Source: Gonapodya sp. JEL0774
Lineage: Eukaryota
Reading direction: 5' to 3'
Assembly: GCA_027604505.1 (NCBI GenBank)
Contig: JADIIX010000056.1
Coordinates: 121,104 to 141,103 of the forward strand
DNA: 20,000 nt
Shown here: positions 11,252 to 20,000 of the stretch, piece by piece
Numbering within the stretch: the stretch's first letter is position 1
Layout: each line of letters begins with the position of its first letter
Program-made: the position numbers and the translations under genes
The notes under the pieces: generated by a model
Database searches by the model: none
What the model saw: the letters and a program-made list of their open reading frames with translations, nothing else
What the model was told of the DNA's origin: nothing

Positions 11252-14200
11252 TCATAATCTCGCCTCCGACGTGATCTTCCTCCGTTCAAGACTTCCAACC
11301 CAATTTGGTGTGCCGACAATTGGCTTACAAGCAAAAACATTCTGCCCGTTTGTGGGAGGCGGTTGATTAATTGCAACACGCGTTTCGCACTGATTCACGT
11401 GGCAGGGTTGAGACACTCACCGGCCCAATCTCTACCACGTCCTCCTCTTCATCCTCGCCGAGCCATCGAATAGCTCCGCTGTCATATCCGAAGGGACGGG
11501 GTGCGCATCGCCATAGCACTGGTGTATCCGACAGCCGCAAAGGGTGTTTCATTATTCGAAGTGTTCCACCTGTCGCACGAACTGCCTCTTGAGCATCCCA
11601 GTGCGTTCCAATCACAACATCTACTGTTTCGCTTACCGAAGTGTGAGTTCTGATATGTGACGTGGTTACTGCGCAATCCAATTATAGTCAGAACATGGAA
11701 ATTGCCGTGCCCTTTTGGTTACTGACCTTTCTGCCCATCCTCTCGGGTTGCCTTTGCGATAAAATTCTCCTTGAAAACCAAGGAACTATTAGGAAGGTTG
11801 TTAAACACGACATGATGTTTATCACAGATAGACTCAATAACAAAGCTCACGTAACCCATTACTCCTACAGGCGTGCGAGGAACAGGTGGCAACAGAGGCA
11901 TCCGAGTATCAGCGAAGGGAGAATATCAGAGGACCGCTCATATATTAGCACAGTGCGATAAGACGAACCAATGGAATCTGAATCCGGATTAATAGGCCAC
12001 TGATCCGGCTGATAACGCTCCCAATTCTTTTCAACCAAGGAATCCGGATGCCGCCCAAGAGATTTCAAGAAAAGGCCCGATTGCAAAAGTCTGTGGAGAA
12101 TGTGCTTTTTAGATTGTTGCACTGTTTTGGAGAATCTGCTTGGCGACTCACGACACATTCACCAAGTAGCTTCCACCACTGCCATGTCGTTTTAGTAAGC
12201 CGGCGATCGCACCCAGGGCCCCGGCATGCCCCGTGAATATATCTACGGATGTAAGGCAGACAAGTCACTTTATGAGATGATCCGAAATCTGCGAGAGGGT
12301 CGGTTCGCACTCACCAAGAATGTTGATGCTGATCGCAGAAAATAGGGAAAACCAACGATACGTTCGTCACTTTTCCCGAAAATCAACCACTCTTCTCTAC
12401 GCATAATTCAGCTTACGGTATGGCGGAGGGTATGGGTTCAGGGGGTGTCTAGATCGCGTATCGTATGTAGGAGTTCACCCCAAAACTAATAATGATATGA
12501 CTTACTGGCACATACTTTGCGTACTGACCCTGTTCAGTCGCAATACCGGAAAAGAACTGGGCGAGGTGCTCGTACCTGACGGGAAGGGTTGGTCCGTTTG
12601 GATTCAAAGATGTGTTGAGTCGCAGACGACAGATAGTTGGAGGAATTGCACATACTTACCCAGCAGCGGTCGCGTAGGGTCCTACAGTCCCGTGTAAAAG
12701 CAGTCACAGTTACGGCGAAAATGCTACTAAATTATCGACCATGGGTGGGAGAGGAACGCACCAGAGAATCCAAAGCAATTTCCCTTCACACAACTGTCAG
12801 CAAAGCGACAACAAGGTCGCGGACTGAAACGCGATTCTTTCTCACCTGAACGTATACAATTCCCTTCTTCCGATCTTTTACAATATCCATGATGCCCTGC
12901 ATCCCGACTGAACAGGGAGCCTCAATGATTTTGAGTACATCGGAACTCAAACTGTAGAGGAGAGTCACTCACACCCAAGACGATCCATAGCACCATACGC
13001 GTTGCTGCAAAGGAATACCAGGTAATTATCTTGCCTCTCAAGCTCGTCTCTCTGTCTTTCCGGCGAGTACCCACTTCTGCAGGACCACATCAGCTTCGGC
13101 AAGCAGCTCTGTGAGCACTTTCTTTCCTTCCTCACTCTTGAGATCCAAGTACACGCTTCTCTTCCCTACATTGAGACACATGGCCACGAACTTGTTGTCT
13201 TCAAGCTGAGGAGACGATAACCTGATAACTGAAGCTCCAAGGCCACCCAATACACACGCCATCTGCGGTCCCATAAGAATGCGGGTGATTTCAATGACTC
13301 TGAACAGGCGTTAGTGGATGGAGTCAGGATGGGGTTGGGATGGGGTCAGTAAAACTCAGAAAAGTTTGATCACAATGCATGATCGTACGCAGATCTCACT
13401 TGATACCGCTGAGCGGGCCTCTTGCCTTGCCACCGTCTTGCCAGTTGACTGGTTCAAAAGGCGCCGGAAACCAGTGGGAGCCCACACGACTTTGTTGCTG
13501 GACCTCCACGACGGGGAAGGTAAGCGCTATCTTTCCCTACTCGACAGACCCGTCCAGAGATTACGCAACGAATGGCCGACACGGACCTACAGGCTTCACA
13601 AGCTCACATGCTCGCTCTCCCTGAACTCTTTGTCAGATTTGGGTACAATGACAGCGCCTCTGCCTAGCTTGATCATGTGCTGCTCGAGGTCCAAGGCAGA
13701 GGGCCACGACATGATTTTTTCCGAGAGTAGTCTAAGAAACTCGCGGCGATTCGCAGAGGAACCTTCCGTGAGCTGGTATATCCGGGGTACATCTTCTTTT
13801 GGGAACCCTATAACGTTGGATGCGTTATCGACTGCGAGAACGGAACACTCGAATCGAGACAAACCCACCGACTGCTTCCAGGAGGCCCTCTGGAGTATCC
13901 GTTGCCCTTTGATACATATACACCCAGCCATCCCTTATTATCAAGGAATGCGAACTTCATTGAGTTACGACCCCAGAACCCGCCAGAACCACACTCAATT
14001 CACCTTGCACGGAACGTGTTTTGGAAAAGTTGGAGGAAGCCCGTATGGGGGTTTGGTTGCGCCGTTGCGGCATCTCTGACAAGTTTGGAATCTGCTCGAA
14101 CGCAGGGGGATGGGACACTTTAGTCGACCCCGTGCGGTGCGAGATTCGTCCAGACTCTCTCAAGTACCCACAATGGACTCCGTCCAGCCACATATTGCAA

Positions 14201-14693
14201 TGCGTCGACAAACTCGCACTCGCATGATCCACGTCCACGGACACTTGCTGCAGTTTGCCGAACCTGATTTTGGAAATGACGTTTGCCAAGGTGCCCTGAG
14301 CGGAGGGGCAGTCAAGTCCGTCAAACCAGAAACGATCATTTTCCTCCTCACATCTTCCGAGCCCGCCTCGAGCACTCACTAGCGCCACATTCATCCCTGT
14401 AATAGCCTCCGACACCATAAACGGCGTCGGAACAAAGGAAACGTCGCTTCCTTCGATGACCGTATTCGCGAGCATTTCATCCAAGCTCGGCAAGCCAAGA
14501 TCACGTTCAAAATTAGCGAAATCGAGGCCAGTGGATTGAATCAGACGTTTGGCCGCTTCACGAGCTCCCTGGTGGACCGAGAGGGGAGCTTGGGAGGTGC
14601 GACGGACCAATGAGAGTGACCGAGCGGGAGATTCAGGACGTTTTTGGAACGTTCATGACACGGATGGCGCATACGCTTACTTTCAGTGGACAT
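11252..14693 (-). CDS. Family III CoA-transferase (CaiB/BaiF, long fungal type), 22 exons, ~623 aa, C-terminal PTS1 (ARL)
   Basis: Exons (minus): 14693-14681, 14588-14380, 14295-14172, 14091-14004, 13933-13869, 13807-13608, 13536-13400, 13299-13075, 13004-12973, 12907-12846, 12783-12762, 12681-12660, 12575-12506, 12448-12417, 12328-12315, 12242-12152, 12090-11969, 11864-11851, 11785-11727, 11668-11637, 11569-11421, 11341-11252. Total 1872 nt, all GT-AG, in frame. Motifs: GPLSGIKVIEITRILMGP, LGASVIR, NVGKRSVYLDLK, ADVVLQN, AMDRLGFG, GGSYLVNVSL. Confidence 0.88.
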
Positions 14694-15173
14694 GCTTGTG
14701 CGATTATAGTTGAATCGCGTGTTCCGAATCTTGGGCTTTTCGGCTCGAATGGTCCGCCTGGCCGGTGCCAATGAAAATGCCCGATCAGCGACCCACACTC
14801 GTCATCCCTCAAGATAATTCCATCGCCTCGCACCGATTCATTTGATGTAATCTGCAGAAGAATAACTTCACGCGACAACTGGAATGAGCGAGCCAGGACT
14901 GCGAGGACTCGCGGACGGACCACTCGAGTCTTTAACCCCTTCCTCCCCGGGCACCGCAATGTTTCGATCAAATATGTGCATTCTCCAATTCCCACCCACA
15001 CATTCACAATCTAAACAACTACCAACATAGTCCAGGGCCCCCACACCGGCCAGCCCCTCGCTACGCTCCAGTCATGCGCACTCCACACCGTGGACCAAGT
15101 TCTTCCCGCCTCTGAGTCCACGCAAAGAGCACACCTCCACAGCCATGTCGACGGCAGGCGGTGCCAGGTGGAT

Positions 15174-18100
15174 CTAGGCTGACGCCTTGGTGAGCGCGGC
15201 CTTGTCGAGGGCGGCCTTGCGGGCAGCCATCTTGGCAACGCCTAGCGGGGGGGTGGGTGGAGGTAGAGTGGAGAGGGCGAGCAGTGGCATCACGTGCAAA
15301 GGGGGGATGATGCGTGGGGTAGAGCAAGAAGGAACAACAATGAGTCGCACGCTCGGCACACCGAGGGACAAGGGAGACAACAAGCTCATCCTACGCACTC
15401 TTGATCCCCATGATACCTCCACCCCAGGTCCTCCTGATCTCGGTGTTATCGTTGAAGTTGGCCTTGAAGGCCGACACGAGGTCCGCGAGCTCCTTCTTGT
15501 CCTAAAGACCCAAGGTAAAGAGCGACAAAATAAACAAATAAATCAATACGAAAAAAAGGGCACCCGATGAACACGCTCGCGTCGCAAAACGACCACCGCA
15601 AGCAAACGTCACTCGAAAACTCACCTCAGGCTTCACCTCGGTAACGGCCAACGCCGTGGCGGTCTTCTTGTGGACGACGGCTCCGAGGCGGGCCTTGCCC
15701 TTGACAATGGCGTACGGGACACCCATCTTGCGGCAGAGGGCCGGCAACCAGAGGACGAGCTAAAATAAATAAAAAAAAAGCAAAAGAAAAAGAAGAAGAA
15801 AAAGGGCCGAGGGAGACAAAGAGCATGAGAATAATTCGTCGGAGGTAGAGAGGGGTGGGAAGGGGAAAGGCCACGCCGCGATTTTTCTCAAAAAAAAAAC
15901 CAACAAAACAAGTCCGTTCTAGGGCGCGGAATGCGGGTACACAGACAACCGACCGCGCCAACGTCCCGGCTCCACGGAGCCCAAGTGCGGGGGAAAACAA
16001 GTGTGTGTTGTTGTTACACAGACACACACTTTCTCGCAAGACACCCTTTTGTTGTATGCCCCCCGCGTTTGCGTGCGCATGTACCAACAGTCTGCGCCGG
16101 TCCGGATGACCGCGTCCCCCCGGACCCATCCCATCCCACAGGATGGGCGGCCAAAAAGGAAACCGAACAGACGTGGATAACCGCGGGCAACAAAAGTTGT
16201 TTTCCCCCCGTGACCGCGCCCCAATGTCGCCTCGCCGGTCGGTGTACGCCACTGACTCGCAGGCCCGATTCCGAGCCCGCCGACCCCCCTTGTGGGGGGG
16301 GGGAAGGAAGCGAGGAAAAGGCGCACTACGACGGACCATCACGACACGGCAAGGGCGGCACCTCCACACACAAAACACCAAAGAACGACCACACCATAGA
16401 GCCATACCGTGTCCGGGATCCCGGGGTTAATCACTCGCACGACACCTTCGTAGCCCCCGGGCTACGCGGGCCGGGGAGGACAAGAGCCCGGCGGACCACG
16501 AGGCGCGTGGCGGGACGGTGGGTGATGCACGCGGGGAACAGGCGGGCCAACGACACGCACAAAACCGAATCCACCAGATAAAAAAGGAAAAACACCAAAC
16601 CACGTCCCCAAACACATCCTTCCACCCCATACATACTCCCCGCCCTCTCGTCGTCACCGGTGCTGCGTAACTCGCTGGCCGGCGACTAGGGCGGGGGTGG
16701 TCTCGACAATTTGTATGGGGGTGTGAGATGAGATGGGACGGGCGGGTTTCCCCCCCCTGGGGACACCGTGCGGTGCATAGGACGGGTCATTGAACGTCGC
16801 GGGGGCATGAGCTGGAGAGAGTGTGGTGTGTGGTGTGTTGGTGTGTTGGTGTGTTCGTGTGTGTCGCGTGCTTGCTGTGGTCTGGTCGTGTGTGTACGAA
16901 TGTGCATTGTTGTGCGGTGGAACGGACGAGAAAACAGAGTGGCCGATATTGTGCGCGTTGCGTTGGCGAGGCGCACGCGCACACGAGAGAGAGAAAAAAA
17001 AGGCGGCGGGGGCGCTCGCGGCGCGGCCAGGCAAAAAACGGCTTTCCCCCCTTCCCCGACCAACGAGGTCACATGAGTTACCCACCTCGATAGGGTCCAC
17101 ATCATCCGCAATCACGACAAACGCCGCCTTCTTGTTCTCCACGAGAGCCGTAATGTGGTTGATGCCGTACTTGACGACGAGGGGTTTCTTGCCCGCGTCG
17201 GGCTTGGCGCCGGCCGCGGTGGCCGTGGCGGCGGCAGTCAGACGGACCTTCTTGTCGGCCTTGGACTCGGGACGGTACTTGACCAGGAGCTTGAAGAGTT
17301 GGGTAGCTGGGGGGGGGGGGAAGGGGGGCGGGGGAAGGGGAAGGTAGGTTGGCGTTGTACATACAGGGGTGCAGAGAGTGTGTGAGAACGAGACGGGGGA
17401 GACAAGACAACACATCATCGGTCCGCCAGGGCACCATGAAAAAACCAAATGGGGTCAATATATGGACCACTCTCTCTCCCGATCCCACCGTGGGATGAAA
17501 ACCCAAATGGGTCAATTTGTCCGTATAGGGCACCTCCGTTCCGTTGCGCTTCCGTTCACTCCAGGCCCAGGTCGGGGCCGCCTCGGCCTCCGGCTATTAC
17601 CCACCAGTGTTCTTATCCAACGTCTTTGTAAACTGGTTGATGGCCGGAGGCACCTTGAGCCTCTTTTGGAGGATGGCCTTTTGCCTCTGGAGGCGGATGT
17701 ATTCGGGCCACTTGACGAAGCGGGTGAGGTCGCGGGTGGGTTGGATGGCTTGGCCTGGGTTGGGGAGTCGGTGTGTGTGTGTGGGAGGGGGGTAAGGAGG
17801 GGGCGGGGGGGTAAGGAGGGGTGTGTGTGAGAGAGGGAATGGGGGGACTCTGCCATGGACTCTGCCATGGACCGATCAATAGACTTCCATTGGTCCATAT
17901 GGGCTTCACCGCCCATATGCCTATATGGACCGCGAGGAGTCACTCGCCTCCGGCGGACTATGCCCCTCGCTGACGCTTTCGCTCACCTCCGGCCGGCGAG
18001 GAATCAATCGCCACCGGCGGACTACCTCCCTTCGGTCGGGCGAGGCGCTCGCTGACGCTTGGGCTCCACAGTACTCACCGATTCCAAAGTTCCTTGGAGC

Positions 18101-18530
18101 CTTCTCAATGAGAGGGTTCTTTGGTGCCTTTGCGGTCTTGCCCTTGATGGGGTAAGGGGCGGGAGCGACCTTCTTTCCTTTGGGAGCCTTGGGCTGGGGT
18201 TGGTGGGTTGGGTAGGTGGGGTGTGTAGGTGTGTGGGGGGGAGAGAAGGGGAAGGAAGGAGGGGGGGTTGGGTGGTGGGGGAGAGGAAGGGGATGGAAAG
18301 GGGGGAGAAGGCGGGGCAGGGGAGGGATGGGNNNNNNNNNNCCCCCCGGGGCGCGCCGCCGGGCCCGGGGCGGGAGGGGCATGGGAATGGGGATGGGAAT
18401 GGGAATGGGGGGGTCAGGTCAAACCAGCACCCCCAACCACGTCCATCGACCGATTCCCATGGCGCCCACGTGACTCCTGCTCCAGAATTCCGCTCTTTGT
18501 GGTCTGTGTGTCTGCTGCGACGCTTACCAT
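15174..18530 (-). CDS. RPL8: 60S ribosomal protein eL8 (L7a / yeast L8), 7 exons, 264 aa
   Basis: Model complement(join(15174..15241,15399..15501,15625..15759,17086..17306,17605..17754,18079..18193,18528..18530)) = 795 nt. Conserved peptides: [114 protein letters not shown]. The first coding exon is ATG alone. Confidence 0.97.
16625..16720 (-). promoter_or_regulatory. Three-helix RNA hairpin overlapping the cassette stop codon and 5' splice site
   Basis: Nested pairings on the transcribed strand: CCCCAUACA/UGUAUGGGG (9 bp), CCCCGCCCU/AGGGCGGGG (9 bp), GUCGCCGG/CCGGUGAC (8 bp, one G-U). Confidence 0.7.
16637..16811 (-). other. Candidate poison (PTC-containing) cassette exon within RPL8 intron 4
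   Basis: Acceptor ...cacactctctccAG|CTC at 16812/16811, preceded by a C/A-rich tract like those before the intron 1 and intron 2 acceptors. In-frame TAG at 16688-16686. Consensus donor GTATGT at 16636. Length 175 nt (frameshifting). Confidence 0.6.
17436..17545. repeat. Duplicated ~24-nt module around a hairpin in RPL8 intron 3
   Basis: atgaaaaaaccaaatggggtcaat (~17436) and atgaaaacccaaatgggtcaat (~17495), with the atcccac-c-gtgggat palindrome between them. Both are flanked by gtccg..agggcacc. Confidence 0.7.
17846..18060. repeat. GC-rich direct repeats and palindromes in RPL8 intron 2
   Basis: Two copies of gcgagga.tca.tcgcc.ccggcggacta...ctcgctgacgctt (~17932-17978 and ~17996-18060), a tandem gactctgccatg x2, and the hairpin catatgggc-ttcacc-gcccatatg. 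Confidence 0.75.
18332..18341. other. Assembly gap (10 N) inside G-rich RPL8 intron 1
   Basis: Run of N flanked by G/C homopolymer tracts. Confidence 0.99.
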
Positions 18531-19022
18531 GGTGTCTTGGTCGAGTGAGTGCCGGGTTGGTTGGGTTGGGGTGGGGCGGGGTCTGTCCGATGGTACGGGG
18601 AATGGTCTGACTATAGTGTGGGCCCCTGCACGCACCACCCACCCAGTATTATTTTGTCTCGGACAGTCGCAGCGAACTCGAGGACCCACTTTCACCGGGA
18701 AAAACCTAATTCATTCGTTGCCCACGTGCACACTCTTAGTACTACAGACACACATCGAGCAACAGGTGGTACCATTATACCAACAATCGCGGCACCTCTC
18801 ATTTGGTTTTTCCGCTTTTTTTTTTGATGAAATTCAATAATATGAACGTACATATGTTCATATGGTGACTGTGGCCGGACCTGTGACCCACCACTCAGAC
18901 TGTTCACGTCTTGGGTTTGCCCCGTTCTTCCACGCACATTTCCCGACCCCACCAACCCCCCCTTCCCCCACTCCCGCCCCCGCCCCACCGCCCCCCGACT
19001 CCGCATTCCCATTCTCCTCCAC
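18531..19022. promoter_or_regulatory. Short divergent promoter/5' UTR region shared by RPL8 (-) and the NMA111-like gene (+)
   Basis: About 490 bp separate the two head-to-head start codons, with an AT-richer core at ~18790-18865. Confidence 0.6.
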
Positions 19023-19767
19023 ATGGAAGATCCCACCCCCCCTCCCCCCTTCCTCTCCGCCGTCCTCACCTCCCCTTCCCCCCACACACCCTCCGCCGCT
19101 CCCATGGCCCGCCCAGACGGCGCAGGTGGCAAGCCCATAATCGACCCGGACTCAATCGACTCCTCCTCCTCCCCTCCTGGCACCTCCCGCACCGGCGCCT
19201 TGCGCGCACGCACAACTGCCCAGGCCGGTGCACACAGACACCCTCCTCTGCCTCGCGAGTCCGACGACCAGGAAATGGCCTGGAAGAGGACTTTGGAGAC
19301 GGCCATTCAGAGTATCGTGTCGATAAGGTGCGTTTCGCGTCTGCTTGGTCACACAACGTGGCCGGGGGGGCGGGGGCAGGGAAGGGGGAAGGGCGACCAT
19401 GGAGGCAGATATATTAGGGTCGAAACGAATTGCACCGTAGTAGACGCGAAGCCGAGTGGACTCCATTTTTTCCATTAGTACGAATGTTTTCCGAAACGAT
19501 TTGTCCCATGAAAAGTGTTTCAGAGGGCGACACGTCGGGGGTCCACGATGCGATGGGACGGGACGCAACCAAAATTAACCATTCCCACACACCGGTTTCC
19601 AACTGCGTTTTCTTTTTTTCATCCCACCAATCCCACCATCCCACCAATCCCACCACTCCACAATCCCACCACTCCCACCATCCCACCACTCCACCACTCC
19701 ACAATCCCACCACTCCCACCAATCCCACCACTCCACCCCGGGTCCCTACCAATTTGTAGATTCATTG
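19023..19767 (+). CDS. NMA111: 5' part of an Nma111/Ynm3-like HtrA-family serine protease (continues beyond the window)
   Basis: A low-complexity N-terminus is followed by WKRTLETAIQSIVSIR|FI, which resembles the Nma111 protease-domain start (W..T...V..SVVSI.F). Exon 1 is 19023..19327 (donor GTGCGT), with a probable micro-exon at 19760..19767. No catalytic residues fall in the window. Confidence 0.65.
19621..19738. repeat. Imperfect tandem repeat, 8-9 nt unit (atcccacca/ctccacca)
   Basis: About 13 consecutive degenerate copies in the NMA111 intron, directly upstream of the micro-exon acceptor. Confidence 0.85.
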
Positions 19768-20000
19768 GTAAGTGCCGAAAAACACCCCTCAACGCCCAAA
19801 ACCCCAACACACCCCAAACCCCCACCCCTCCACCACCACCACCCACCCTCCTTCACACACACGCCACACTCCCCCCCCGCCGGGCGTGGCGCGTCCGCGG
19901 CGGTGGTGCGTGGCGGGGGTGGAACGTAGGCGTGGCTCCACCGCGCACGCACCTCACCCGGTGGGTTGTGGGGGTTGGGCGCCGGGGGGGCGGGGGGGGG

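Noticed and set aside
11308..11365. RING-finger-like peptide CADNWLTSKNILPVCG on the plus strand
   Set aside because: Lacks most zinc ligands and is antisense to the last exon and intron of the CoA-transferase, so it is coincidental.
17930..18060. Hammerhead ribozyme suggested by CTGACG in the duplicated unit
   Set aside because: The core needs CUGANGA plus GAAA in a three-way junction, and these are absent.
15242..18527. U24/U36-like C/D snoRNAs, as hosted by vertebrate RPL7A introns
   Set aside because: No RUGAUGA...CUGA pair with a terminal stem was found on the sense strand of any RPL8 intron.
19621..19738. Telomeric or CRISPR-like array
   Set aside because: The units are degenerate 8-9-mers with no spacers, do not match TTAGGG, and lie in a eukaryotic intron.
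15626..19952. Numerous long ORFs listed in the RPL8/NMA111 introns and on antisense strands
   Set aside because: These are low-complexity G/C-rich translations caused by stop-codon scarcity, and they overlap well-supported spliced genes.

Overview
Eukaryotic, intron-rich fungal DNA. An early-diverging, chytrid/monoblepharid-like lineage is inferred from intron density and gene content. The ORF track is mostly spurious, so I built frame-consistent spliced models by hand. Left to right: a GH16 glycoside hydrolase with a TM helix and long cytoplasmic tail (+), a divergent WD40-like beta-propeller gene (+), the RNA helicase DBP9/DDX56 (-), a small LIM/zinc-finger gene (-), a 22-exon family III (CaiB/BaiF) CoA-transferase ending in a PTS1 signal (-), ribosomal protein eL8/L7a (RPL8) (-), and the start of a divergently transcribed NMA111-like protease (+). 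The two strongest signals are intronic. (1) DBP9 intron 4 holds a box C/D RNA whose D' guide pairs with spliceosomal U6 snRNA at the position equivalent to human Am70. (2) The 1.3-kb RPL8 intron 4 holds a candidate poison cassette exon, with its stop codon and 5' splice site folded into a three-helix hairpin, suggesting splicing/NMD autoregulation.
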